A stretch of 63,110 bases of DNA, filler included, from Licmophora abbreviata (Eukaryota), in the NCBI GenBank assembly GCA_900291995.1. It is 9 parts of 9 records of this genome, joined end to end, with 100 filler letters (N's around TTAATTAATTAA, not from the genome) between each part and the next. Parts side by side here need not be neighbours in the genome. Positions count along the whole stretch, not along the records: positions 29,233 to 39,678 come from OLMU01001070.1; 8 more parts are not named here. One strand, given 5' to 3'. The first letter of the stretch is position 1. Each line of letters opens with the position of its first letter. Position numbers and translations under genes: made by a program. Below the pieces are notes generated by a model. The model was not told where the DNA came from, searched no databases, and saw nothing but the letters and a program-made list of their open reading frames with translations. Positions 29,778-39,034 of the stretch are shown here, piece by piece.

Positions 29778-29793
29778 TTAACCGTTCATTAAC
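29778..29793. promoter_or_regulatory. CtrA-binding site
   Basis: Perfect TTAA-N7-TTAAC (TTAACCGTTCATTAAC) in the divergent promoter region. Confidence 0.7.
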
Positions 29794-29829
29794 GTCTACA
29801 GACTGATATCAGGAAAGCATACAAAACGG

Positions 29830-30522
29830 ATGATCCGGCCCAACATGATGACCCGCCTGCTTTCGCTTGCTGCCCTGATCCTGCTTGCCGCTTGCGGCGA
29901 ACCCGTCACCAAGGATTCGCGCATCCTTCTGATGGGAGACTCGCTTCTGGCGTTCCACAAGGGGCAGGGGCGCGGGGTGTCCCATGCGATCGAGGCAGAA
30001 TTGTCCGAGCCGGTCATTGATCGCTCGGTCTCGGGCGCGCGGTTCTTCTACGCCCTGCCGATCTCGGGCAGCGCCGGGTTGAATATCGCGCAGCAATACC
30101 GCGAAGGGCCTTGGGACTGGATCGTGCTCAATGGCGGCGGCAATGACATCTGGATGGGGTGCGGCTGTGGCGCCTGCGGACATCGCATCAATCAGCTTGT
30201 CTCGAAAGACGGGCGCAGCGGCCGGATACCGGGCTTTGTCTCGACCCTGCGCGCGACCGGCGCGCAGGTGATTTTCGTCGGCTATCTGCGGACGCCGGGT
30301 GTGCGATCCCCGATCGAAGGCTGCACCGACGAGGGCGACGAAATGGACCGGCGCCTGTCCCGTCTTGCGGCTCTGGACGAAGGGGTGCATTTCCTGTCGC
30401 TGGCCGATCTGGTGCCGCATGGCGACCGGTCCTATCACGCGATCGACCTCATTCACCCTTCGCAGAAGGCCAGCCGCGAAATCGGCGCGCGGATCGCCGG
30501 GATCATCGCGCGCAACGAGTGA
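29830..30522 (+). CDS. SGNH/GDSL hydrolase lipoprotein
   Basis: Lipobox LAAC; GDSL, GGND and DxxH motifs. Confidence 0.88.
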   Translation: MIRPNMMTRLLSLAALILLAACGEPVTKDSRILLMGDSLLAFHKGQGRGVSHAIEAELSEPVIDRSVSGARFFYALPISGSAGLNIAQQYREGPWDWIVLNGGGNDIWMGCGCGACGHRINQLVSKDGRSGRIPGFVSTLRATGAQVIFVGYLRTPGVRSPIEGCTDEGDEMDRRLSRLAALDEGVHFLSLADLVPHGDRSYHAIDLIHPSQKASREIGARIAGIIARNE

Positions 30523-30535
30523 CCCCGCCGCCGCC

Positions 30536-31042
30536 TTACTTCTTGATCAGCCGCTTCAGCCAGCCCTTCTTTTCGGCCTCCTCGGGCGCGTCTTCATCCT
30601 TGGGGCCTTCGATCACCTCAGCCAGCCGGACAAAGAAACTGTCGGCCATCTTCTTGGCGAACCCGTCGACGATCCGGCTGCCAAGCTGCGCCAGCTTGCC
30701 GCCCACCTTGGCCTCCACGTCATAGATCAGACGGGTGCCCTCCGGCACCTCTTCAAGCCGCACATCCGCGCCCCCCTTGGCGAACCCGGCCGCACCGCCT
30801 TTGCCTTCACCGCTCAGGGTCAGGCTTTCATGCTCCACGATATTCGAGATCGTCACGGCCCCCTTGAAGGTGGCTTTCACCGGCCCGACCTTCTGGGTCA
30901 CGGTGGCCTCATACCCGTCCTGCGGGTTGCCTGTCACCTCCTGCGCACCGGGCACACATTCCTTCAGAACATCGGGGTTCAGCAGCGCCGCCCAAACGGT
31001 CGCGCGGTCGGCCTCGATAATACGTTCGTCACTCATCTTCAT
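30536..31042 (-). CDS. CoxG/SRPBCC-family protein
   Basis: VWAALLNPDVLKECVPG, KVGPVKATF and GGKLAQLGSR motifs. Confidence 0.88.
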   Translation of the reverse strand: MKMSDERIIEADRATVWAALLNPDVLKECVPGAQEVTGNPQDGYEATVTQKVGPVKATFKGAVTISNIVEHESLTLSGEGKGGAAGFAKGGADVRLEEVPEGTRLIYDVEAKVGGKLAQLGSRIVDGFAKKMADSFFVRLAEVIEGPKDEDAPEEAEKKGWLKRLIKK

Positions 31043-31168
31043 GGGGCGGCTCCTTGTGTCACGTCTTCCGGACCGAGGTTAGACCAACCGCGCAACAGCG
31101 CCAAGCGGCCATTGCACCTGCCCGGCAGGCCGCTAGGCTGGCCGCATCGCACCTACGGGGGACAGGAC

Positions 31169-32263
31169 ATGATGTTGCAGGGCATTCGCGTGATCGAGAT
31201 CGAAGGACTCGGCCCTGGCCCCTTCGCCGCGATGATGCTGGCCGATCTGGGGGCCGAGGTGATCGTCATTCACCGTCCCGGCCCGGGCAATCCCGTGGCG
31301 GGCGATGTGAACCTGCTGGACCGGGGCAAGAAATCCATCACGCTCGATCTCAAGGACCCTGCCGATCTGGCCATTGCCCGCGCGCTCATCGCGACCGCCG
31401 ACGCCCTGATCGAAGGCTTTCGCCCCGGCGTGATGGAGCGTTTGGGTCTTGGTCCCGACACCTGCCGCGCCGAAAATCCAAGGCTTGTCTATGGCCGCAT
31501 GACCGGCTGGGGGCAGTCCGGACCCAAGGCGCAGATGGCGGGCCATGACCTGAATTACATCGCCACCTCGGGCGCGCTCTGGTATGCCTCGGCCCCTGAT
31601 GCGGCGCCCTTGACGCCGCCCACATTGGTGGGTGATGTGGGCGGCGGCGCGCTGTATCTGGTGGCGGGGATTCTGGCCGGGCTCCTCAATGCGGCGCGCA
31701 GCGGGCAGGGGACGGTGGTCGATGCCGCGATCGTCGATGGCTCAGCGCATATGATGGCGCTCTTGATGTCGATGGCGCCCTCCGGAAACCTGTCTGACAG
31801 GCGCGGCCAAAGCCTTCTGGACGGCCCGCATTGGTGCCGCACCTATGCTTGCGCCTGTGGAGGGCATATCGCCGTTCAGTGCCTCGAGCCGAAATTCCAT
31901 GCCGCCTTTCTCGACCTTTTGGGCCTGTCCGACGATCCGGCCTTTGCCGATCAGCTGGATGCCGCCCAATGGCCCGAGCAGACCGCGCGCCTTGCCGCGA
32001 TCTTTGCCGCCAAGCCCCGCGATCACTGGGCCGCCCTGTTCGAGGGGAGCGATGCCTGCGCCGCCCCAGTCCTGTCTCCGACCGAGTCCGCGCGCGATCC
32101 GCATATGGCCGCGCGCGGCGTCTGGACCGATGCGCAAGGCTTGCGGCAACCCGCGACAGCACCCCGTTTCGACGGTGCCGCTTGTGTTCCCGGCCCCGTG
32201 CCGGCGCGCGGCGCGCATGGGGCCGAGTTGCGCGCCGATCTGGCGCGCCGTGGCCCGATCTGA
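31169..32263 (+). CDS. CaiB/BaiF CoA-transferase (alpha-methylacyl-CoA racemase-like)
   Basis: GPGPFAAMMLADLGA, EGFRPGVMERLGLG and GHDLNY motifs. Confidence 0.92.
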   Translation: MMLQGIRVIEIEGLGPGPFAAMMLADLGAEVIVIHRPGPGNPVAGDVNLLDRGKKSITLDLKDPADLAIARALIATADALIEGFRPGVMERLGLGPDTCRAENPRLVYGRMTGWGQSGPKAQMAGHDLNYIATSGALWYASAPDAAPLTPPTLVGDVGGGALYLVAGILAGLLNAARSGQGTVVDAAIVDGSAHMMALLMSMAPSGNLSDRRGQSLLDGPHWCRTYACACGGHIAVQCLEPKFHAAFLDLLGLSDDPAFADQLDAAQWPEQTARLAAIFAAKPRDHWAALFEGSDACAAPVLSPTESARDPHMAARGVWTDAQGLRQPATAPRFDGAACVPGPVPARGAHGAELRADLARRGPI

Positions 32264-32347
32264 CATCCCCCGCGCACGCCCCCTTGGATCATCCCGGCCA
32301 AGCCGTTATCTTGGCCTTTCGCATTGCCGCGCCACAGGACACCCGAC

Positions 32348-32824
32348 ATGGCCAAGCCGAAGGATAACCCCAACTACAAGGTCGTCGCCGAGAACCGGCG
32401 CGCGCGCTTTGATTATGCCATCGAGGACGATCTTGAATGCGGCATCATCCTCGAAGGCTCCGAGGTCAAATCGCTCCGCCAGGGTGGCGCCAACATCGCC
32501 GAAAGCTATGCGACCGTCGACAATGGCGAATTGTGGCTCATCAATGCCTATGTCGCGCCATATGAGCAGGCCAAGACCTTCCAGCACGAGGAACGCCGCC
32601 GTCGCAAGCTGCTGGTCTCGCGCAAGGAACTCGCGCGGCTCTGGAACGAGACGCAGCGCAAGGGCATGACGCTCGTGCCGCTGGTGCTCTATTTCAACCA
32701 TCGCGGCATGGCCAAGCTGAAGATCGGGATCGCCAAGGGCAAGAAAACCCATGACAAGCGCGAAACTCAGGCCAAGCGCGACTGGCAGCGCCAGAAGCAG
32801 CGCCTGCTGAAAGAAAACAACTGA
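32348..32824 (+). CDS. smpB: SsrA-binding protein
   Basis: [20 protein letters not shown] and GKKTHDKR motifs. Confidence 0.97.
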   Translation: MAKPKDNPNYKVVAENRRARFDYAIEDDLECGIILEGSEVKSLRQGGANIAESYATVDNGELWLINAYVAPYEQAKTFQHEERRRRKLLVSRKELARLWNETQRKGMTLVPLVLYFNHRGMAKLKIGIAKGKKTHDKRETQAKRDWQRQKQRLLKENN

Positions 32825-32833
32825 GCGCGGCGC

Positions 32834-33115
32834 ATGGAGCTTCTGATCGCCCTTTTCTCAGGCGCCGCAGGCGGCATTCTGGCGGCGGCGGTCTATCGCG
32901 CGCTCGGTCTGGGGTTCGTGGTGAATGCCGCGGCCGGTGTGTTGGGCGGTCTTCTGGGCTGGCAGGCGGCGCAGACCCTTGGCGCCGATGCCCTGGCGCG
33001 TTTGCTGGGGGGCGGCGATGCCGGTGTGATCGCGACACAGGCGCTGATGGGCGGGCTTGGGGGCGCGGTCGTGCTGATGTCTCTCGGGATGGCGCGCAGG
33101 CTCGTGGTCAAATAG
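32834..33115 (+). CDS. Small glycine-rich membrane protein
   Basis: Three hydrophobic GxxxG-rich segments; lies directly after smpB. Confidence 0.7.
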   Translation: MELLIALFSGAAGGILAAAVYRALGLGFVVNAAAGVLGGLLGWQAAQTLGADALARLLGGGDAGVIATQALMGGLGGAVVLMSLGMARRLVVK

Positions 33116-33193
33116 GCGCTGACGGCACCGGGGCGCTTGCCCTTGACCGCGCTGCGCGATAGGCATGAAGCGTCCGCAAACCGGGGGCTGACC

Positions 33194-34051
33194 ATGGCAC
33201 ATGACGATCCTAAGACGCTTGTTTCAACCGACTGGCTGGCCAGCCATCTCAAGGATCCGGATCTTCGCGTTCTGGACGGGACATGGTTCTTGCCCGGTGA
33301 CGGGCGCGATGGCCGGTCCGCATATCTGGCCGCGCATATTCCCGGCGCCCGGTTTTTCGATATCGACGATATCAGCGATCACCGATCCGAACTGCCGCAC
33401 ATGGCCCCGCCGGTCGAGAAATTCATGTCCCGCCTGCGCGCCATGGGCGTGGGCGATGGTCATCAGGTGGTGGTCTATGACGCGCATGGCCTGTTTTCGG
33501 CAGCGCGCGTCTGGTGGCTGTTCCGCCTGATGGGTCAGGACAATATCGCCGTTCTGGACGGTGGCCTGCCCAAATGGCAGGCCGAGGGGCGCCCCGTGGA
33601 TGACATGCCCCCCGTCGTGCGTGACCGGCACATGACCGTGCGCCGCCAGAACCAGATGGTCAAGGATGTCACGCAAGTCGCCGCCGCCTCCAAGCTGGGC
33701 GATTACGAGATCCTCGATGCCCGCTCCCCGGGGCGATTCCGTGGCGATGAGCCCGAACCGCGCGCCGGGCTGCGCTCGGGCCATATCCCCGGCTCGAAGA
33801 ATGTGTTTTACCGTGACCTTCTGAACGATGACGGCACCATGAAGGATGCCGACGGCCTGCGCGCCGTGCTGGCCGCGTCAGGCGCTACCCTGGACAAGCC
33901 GGCCATCACCACCTGCGGTTCGGGCGTGACCGCTGCCATCATCAACCTTGCGCTGGAACGGATCGGCAAGACCGACCATGCGCTTTATGACGGATCATGG
34001 ACCGAATGGGGCGCCTTCCCCACCGTGCCCGTCGCCACCGGAGACAAGTGA
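33194..34051 (+). CDS. sseA: 3-mercaptopyruvate sulfurtransferase
   Basis: HIPGA, ARVWW, CGSGVTA and YDGSWTEW motifs. Confidence 0.95.
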   Translation: MAHDDPKTLVSTDWLASHLKDPDLRVLDGTWFLPGDGRDGRSAYLAAHIPGARFFDIDDISDHRSELPHMAPPVEKFMSRLRAMGVGDGHQVVVYDAHGLFSAARVWWLFRLMGQDNIAVLDGGLPKWQAEGRPVDDMPPVVRDRHMTVRRQNQMVKDVTQVAAASKLGDYEILDARSPGRFRGDEPEPRAGLRSGHIPGSKNVFYRDLLNDDGTMKDADGLRAVLAASGATLDKPAITTCGSGVTAAIINLALERIGKTDHALYDGSWTEWGAFPTVPVATGDK

Positions 34052-35235
34052 TGTTCGAACATCTCAACGAACAACCCAAAGACAAGATCCTCGCTCTGAT
34101 GCAGGCGTTCAAGGACGACCCCCGCGAGGACAAGATCGACCTTGGCGTCGGCGTCTACAAGAACGCCGAAGGCGTGACCCCCATCATGCGCGCCGTCAAA
34201 CAGGCCGAGCGTCAATGGTGGGAGCAGGAAACCACCAAGGCCTATACCGGCCTTGCCGGCGATCCGGCCTTTTCGGACGCGATGATCGGCCTTGTGCTGG
34301 GCGATGCCGTGGCCCGCGATCAGGTCGCCGCCGTGGCCACGCCGGGTGGCACCGGTGCGGTCCGGCAGGCCTTCGATCTCATCCGCATGGCCAACCCCTC
34401 TGCGCGTGTCTTCGTCTCCGATCCGACATGGCCCAACCATCTCAGCATCCTCAAGCATATGGCGATCGAAACGGTGATGTATCGCTATTTCGATGCTGAA
34501 AGCGGCGGGGTCGATTTCGCCGGCATGATGGAGGATCTGGGCCAGATGCGCGCCGGCGACGTGGTGCTGCTGCATGGCTGCTGCCACAACCCCACCGGCG
34601 CCAACCTCACCGGCCCCGAATGGCAGGCGGTGATCGATCTGGTCAACGCCAAGGGCGTCGTGCCGATGATCGACATTGCCTATCAGGGCTTCGGCGACGG
34701 TCTCGAGGCCGATGCTGCGGCGACCCGCATGGTCGTCTCGGGCTGCCCCGAGGTGCTGATCGCGGCCAGCTGTTCCAAGAATTTCGGCATCTACCGCGAA
34801 CGCACCGGCCTTCTGATGGCCGTGGCCCAAGAGCGTGGGCTGCATGCCGTGACACAGGGGAACCTCGCCTATCTCAACCGGCAGAACTATTCCTTCCCGC
34901 CCGATCATGGCGCGCGCATGGTGTCCTTGGTGCTGACCGATGACGCCCTGCGCGCCGATTGGCAGGCCGAACTCGAAGAGGTCCGCAACGGGATGCGGGC
35001 GCTGCGCGAACAGCTGTCCTCCGAATTGCGCCGCCTCGCCGGATCCGATCGCTACGGCTTCATAGCCCAGCATCGCGGGATGTTCTCGCGGCTCGGTCTC
35101 TCGCCCGAAATCGTCGAGCGTCTGCGGGCCGAGCATGGCATCTACATGGTCGGCGACAGCCGCATCAACATCGCCGGGTTGAACCGTGAGACCGTGCCGA
35201 AACTGGCGCATGCGATCATCGAGGTGGGCGCCTGA
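34051..35235 (+). CDS. Aromatic amino acid/aspartate aminotransferase (TyrB/AspC family)
   Basis: LGVGVY, GGTGA, HNPTG, DIAYQG and SKNFGIYRER motifs. Confidence 0.93.
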   Translation: MFEHLNEQPKDKILALMQAFKDDPREDKIDLGVGVYKNAEGVTPIMRAVKQAERQWWEQETTKAYTGLAGDPAFSDAMIGLVLGDAVARDQVAAVATPGGTGAVRQAFDLIRMANPSARVFVSDPTWPNHLSILKHMAIETVMYRYFDAESGGVDFAGMMEDLGQMRAGDVVLLHGCCHNPTGANLTGPEWQAVIDLVNAKGVVPMIDIAYQGFGDGLEADAAATRMVVSGCPEVLIAASCSKNFGIYRERTGLLMAVAQERGLHAVTQGNLAYLNRQNYSFPPDHGARMVSLVLTDDALRADWQAELEEVRNGMRALREQLSSELRRLAGSDRYGFIAQHRGMFSRLGLSPEIVERLRAEHGIYMVGDSRINIAGLNRETVPKLAHAIIEVGA

Positions 35236-35284
35236 CCGGGCGCCCCTTCCGGCATATGGGCCGGGCCTTGGGCGCGGTCGGGGA

Positions 35285-35902
35285 TCAGGCGCCGTAGCGC
35301 GCCAGGAACATCTCGACCACGCCCGTGACCACCCGTTCGATATCGGCTTCGCTGGTCTCTCTACTGATCCCGCACAGGCGGCGCACGAACAGATCGCTCT
35401 TGCACAGCTGTCCGAACTGGTCAGCGGCCAGATCCATGTCCTCGATCTTCAACTCGCCACGCGCGATATAGGGCTTCAGGATCGCCGACATCCGTTCGCG
35501 CACCAGCGCCGGACCCGACGCGTAGAACCGCTGCCCAAGCTCGGGAAAACGATAGGATTCCGCAACGCAGATGCGATACACCTGTTGCCCAAAATCCGAC
35601 AGGAAGAACCGCACGATCCGGTCTGCGACCTCGTGCAGCACACTATCGACCGGGTCGCTGAGGTCGAACTCGGCCATCGCCTCCTCGGCCTGCCGGTTGC
35701 ATTCGATGCGGGCGACTTCCGAAAACAGCAGCCGCTTGTCCGGAAAATAGCTGTAGAGCGTCGCCTTGGACACCCCTGCCACCCGGGCGATCTCATCGAC
35801 ACTGGCCCCTTCAAAGCCGTCGCGCATGAACACCTCGCGTGCGCCGTCAAGCACCTGATCGAATTTTCGACCCTTCTTGATTTCAGCAGCCATGGCCGTC
35901 AT
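35285..35902 (-). CDS. TetR/AcrR-family regulator
   Basis: GASVDEIARVAGVSKATLYSYF HTH. Confidence 0.93.
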   Translation of the reverse strand: MTAMAAEIKKGRKFDQVLDGAREVFMRDGFEGASVDEIARVAGVSKATLYSYFPDKRLLFSEVARIECNRQAEEAMAEFDLSDPVDSVLHEVADRIVRFFLSDFGQQVYRICVAESYRFPELGQRFYASGPALVRERMSAILKPYIARGELKIEDMDLAADQFGQLCKSDLFVRRLCGISRETSEADIERVVTGVVEMFLARYGA

Positions 35903-36020
35903 GCGGTGATCCCCTAAGCTGGATCAATCTAGTCTTGCACAGACTGTATCGCAAGCGTCTCGACACCCCTGACCGCCTGCAAGCACAGATCGCACTTGCA
36001 CCTTTTCCGAATTTCGCTAC

Positions 36021-36037
36021 CTTAGAATCATTCTAAA
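36021..36037. promoter_or_regulatory. Irr box (iron control element)
   Basis: CTTAGAA-TCA-TTCTAAA versus consensus TTTAGAA-N3-TTCTAAA, directly upstream of mbfA. Confidence 0.8.
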
Positions 36038-36051
36038 CGAGGACGTTTGCC

Positions 36052-37029
36052 ATGATCCCCGGAGTGATGTCACGCCGCCGCTTTTCCGACCTCTCCGAAC
36101 AAGAGGTGCTGGCCCTCGCCATTTCCTCGGAAGAAGATGACGCCCGCATCTACCGCAGCTACGCTGAACGCCTGCGCGCCGATTTCCCCGACACCGCCGC
36201 GATCTTCGATGGCATGGCCGCCGAGGAAGACACCCACCGCCGCGCCCTCATCGACCTGCACGAGCGCCGCTTCGGCGGGGTGATCCCCCTCATTCGCCGC
36301 GAGCATGTGGCAGGCTTCTATGCGCGCCGCCCCGTCTGGCTGATGGAAAATCTCGGATTGGACCGCATCCGCGCCGAAGCCGAAGCGATGGAGCAGGACG
36401 CCGAAGCCTTCTATCTCAAGGCAGCCCAACGCAGCACCGATGCCGGCACCCGCAAGCTTCTGGGCGATCTCGCCGCCGCCGAGGCCGGGCACCAGACCCG
36501 CGCCACCGACCTTGCCGAAAGCCATCTCGACGCGGCCAGCCGCGACAGCGAAAACAGTTCCGCCCACCGCAAGTTCATCCTGACATGGGTGCAACCCGGC
36601 CTTGCCGGGCTGATGGATGGCTCGGTCTCGACCCTGGCGCCGATCTTCGCCACCGCCTTTGCCACCCAAGATACCTGGACGACATTCCTCGTCGGGCTCG
36701 CGGCCTCTGTGGGTGCGGGCATCTCCATGGGCTTCACCGAAGCCGCCAGCGACGACGGTGAGCTGTCGGGCCGCGGCAGCCCGGTCAAGCGCGGCTTGGC
36801 CTCGGGCGTGATGACCACACTGGGCGGGCTCGGCCATGCGCTGCCCTACCTGATCCCCGATTTCTGGACCGCGACCGTGATCGCCGTGATCGTCGTCTTC
36901 ATCGAGCTTTGGGCCATCGCTTGGATCCAGAACCGCTACATGCAGACGCCGTTCTTCCGCGCCGCCTTCCAGGTGGTGCTCGGCGGCGCACTGGTCTTCG
37001 CCGCCGGGGTGCTGATCGGCAGCGGTTAG
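36052..37029 (+). CDS. mbfA: Iron exporter (rubrerythrin-like domain plus VIT1/CCC1 domain)
   Basis: LALAISSEEDD, EExH motifs, QPGLAGLMDGSVSTLAP; Irr box upstream. Confidence 0.93.
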   Translation: MIPGVMSRRRFSDLSEQEVLALAISSEEDDARIYRSYAERLRADFPDTAAIFDGMAAEEDTHRRALIDLHERRFGGVIPLIRREHVAGFYARRPVWLMENLGLDRIRAEAEAMEQDAEAFYLKAAQRSTDAGTRKLLGDLAAAEAGHQTRATDLAESHLDAASRDSENSSAHRKFILTWVQPGLAGLMDGSVSTLAPIFATAFATQDTWTTFLVGLAASVGAGISMGFTEAASDDGELSGRGSPVKRGLASGVMTTLGGLGHALPYLIPDFWTATVIAVIVVFIELWAIAWIQNRYMQTPFFRAAFQVVLGGALVFAAGVLIGSG

Positions 37030-37037
37030 ACCGCCCG

Positions 37038-37115
37038 GCGTTTCTTCTGGCCGGAAATATCCCAGGGGGAGTCGTTGAAATCCCCGGGATTTCAACGGCG
37101 GGGGCTGGCCCCCAA
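37038..37115. repeat. REP-like intergenic element with a long palindrome
   Basis: TTTCTTCTGGCCGGAAATATCC followed by CGTTGAAATCCC-C-GGGATTTCAACG and GGGGGCTGGCCCCC. Confidence 0.6.
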
Positions 37116-37164
37116 ATCTCCGAAGTCAGATTGACCGCCCGATCCAACGTGCTACGAAGCGCTC

Positions 37165-38097
37165 ATGTTCGATGTCTTTCTTCAGACGCTGCCGTTCTTC
37201 CTCGTCGTCGGGTTGGGATATGGCTCCGGCCGGACCGGCTTCTTCACCGAGGCCGCAACCGCGTGGCTTACGAAATTCGTGTTCTACTTCGCGCTCTCGG
37301 CGATGCTGTTCCGCTTCTCCGCCAATCTCAGCTTCGCCGAGGTGTTCGACTGGACCTTCGTGGCCGCCTATCTCTGGGGCACCGCCTTCGTCTATCTGAT
37401 CGCCACCCTCGTGGCCTTCCTGCGCCGCCTCAGCATCGAGGAAACCGCGATCGAGGCGCAATGCGCCGCCATCGGCAACACAGGCTTTCTCGGCGTGCCG
37501 ATGCTGACGCTGCTTCTGGGGCAGGCGGCGATCGGCCCGGTGATGCTGGTGCTGGCGGTGGACTTGATCGTGTTCGGCTCGCTGGTGGTGATCCTGGTGA
37601 CAGGCTCTCGGGACGGTCGGATGAATCTGGGCATTCTGCGCACCGTCGGGCTCGGGCTGGTGAAAAACCCGATGATCGTGTCGATCGTTCTGGGCTTCGC
37701 CTGGTCCGGGCTTCGCCTGCCGATCCCGGATCCGATGAACCAGTTCCTGTCGATCCTCGGCGGCGCCGCGACGCCGGGGGCTCTGTTTGCCATCGGCGCG
37801 TCGCTGGCCTCGAAATCGGCCGAACGTCCCATGGTGGCTGGCTGGCTCAGTTTCTGCAAACTGGTGCTGCACCCGGCCTTTGTGGCGCTGGCGGCCCTGG
37901 TGCTCTTCCCGGTCGAGCGTTTCGCCGCCGCCGTGATGATCTCGGCCGCCGCCCTGCCGGTCGCGGGCAATGTCTATATCCTTGCGCAGCATTACCGCGT
38001 GGCCCCTCACCGGGTCTCCGCCTCGATCCTGATCTCCACCGCCGGTGCTGTGGTCACTGTCTCTCTGGTGATCGGTTGGGTGTCGGGTCTTTACTGA
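37165..38097 (+). CDS. AEC (auxin efflux carrier) family transporter
   Basis: About 10 TM segments; NTGFLGVP, KNPM, CKLVLHP and ALPVAGNVY motifs. Confidence 0.88.
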   Translation: MFDVFLQTLPFFLVVGLGYGSGRTGFFTEAATAWLTKFVFYFALSAMLFRFSANLSFAEVFDWTFVAAYLWGTAFVYLIATLVAFLRRLSIEETAIEAQCAAIGNTGFLGVPMLTLLLGQAAIGPVMLVLAVDLIVFGSLVVILVTGSRDGRMNLGILRTVGLGLVKNPMIVSIVLGFAWSGLRLPIPDPMNQFLSILGGAATPGALFAIGASLASKSAERPMVAGWLSFCKLVLHPAFVALAALVLFPVERFAAAVMISAAALPVAGNVYILAQHYRVAPHRVSASILISTAGAVVTVSLVIGWVSGLY

Positions 38098-38197
38098 CAC
38101 ATGCCGCCTGCGGGGTTGCCAAGCGACCCCGCCCCGTGGTCATTGTCGCGCCAACCGCAAGACGCACCGCACGCAACTCGCAAAAAGGGGATGACCA

Positions 38198-39031
38198 ATG
38201 AGAACCGTATCGGAAAACGCCTGCTTCGGCGGGGTTCAATCTGTCCATACCCATGCCTCAAGCGCCACCGGCTGCGACATGACCTTCGGCCTCTTTCTGC
38301 CCGCCGAGGCGCGCGACGGCCCGGTGCCGGTGCTCTGGTATCTCTCGGGGCTGACCTGCACCCATGAAAACGCCATGACCAAGGCCGGCGCTCAGGGCTG
38401 GGCCGCCGAACAGGGCATCGCTCTGGTGTTTCCCGATACCAGCCCCCGGGGCGACGGCGTGGCCGATGACGCCGCCTATGACCTGGGGCAGGGTGCCGGC
38501 TTTTACGTCAACGCCACGCAAGACCCCTGGGCGCCGCATTACCGCATGTGGGATTACATCGCCGAGGATCTGCCGCGCGTGCTGACCGCCAATTTCCCGA
38601 TCGACCCTGATCGGCAGGCGATCACCGGGCATTCCATGGGCGGGCATGGCGCATTGACGCTGGCGATGTCCCTGCCGGGCCGCTTCACCAGCGTGTCGGC
38701 CTTCGCGCCGATCTGCAACCCCACCGCCAGCGATTGGGGTCGCAAGCAGTTCACCGCCTATCTCGGCGAAGACGAAGCCGCCTGGGCCGCCCATGACGCA
38801 AGCCTCCTGATGCGCGACCGGGGCTTCGAAGGTCCGGTGCTGATCGACACCGGCACCTCGGACCAGTTCCTCGATCTGCTGCGCCCCGAGGCGCTCGCCA
38901 GCGCCTGCGCCGAACGCCGTCAACACGCCACGCTGCGCATGCAGCCGGGCTACGACCACAGCTATTTCTTCATCTCGTCGTTCATGGAAGACCATGTCTC
39001 CTTCCATGCCGAGGCGCTCTATTCGGGGTGA
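38198..39031 (+). CDS. fghA: S-formylglutathione hydrolase
   Basis: LSGLTC, PDTSPRG, GAGFYVNAT, GHSMGG and GYDHSYFF motifs. Confidence 0.95.
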   Translation: MRTVSENACFGGVQSVHTHASSATGCDMTFGLFLPAEARDGPVPVLWYLSGLTCTHENAMTKAGAQGWAAEQGIALVFPDTSPRGDGVADDAAYDLGQGAGFYVNATQDPWAPHYRMWDYIAEDLPRVLTANFPIDPDRQAITGHSMGGHGALTLAMSLPGRFTSVSAFAPICNPTASDWGRKQFTAYLGEDEAAWAAHDASLLMRDRGFEGPVLIDTGTSDQFLDLLRPEALASACAERRQHATLRMQPGYDHSYFFISSFMEDHVSFHAEALYSG

Positions 39032-39034
39032 TCC

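Noticed and set aside
30536..31042. Carbon monoxide dehydrogenase gene cluster
   Set aside because: A lone CoxG/SRPBCC gene with no coxMSL in the window.
30299..31168. N-terminal extension making a 654-aa CoA-transferase fusion
   Set aside because: It overlaps the SGNH and CoxG genes; the family-like sequence begins at ATG 31169 after an AGGA RBS.
32264..33193. tmRNA (ssrA) or tRNA next to smpB
   Set aside because: The intergenic spaces are short and no tRNA-like ends were seen; no tRNA or rRNA gene was recognised anywhere in the window.
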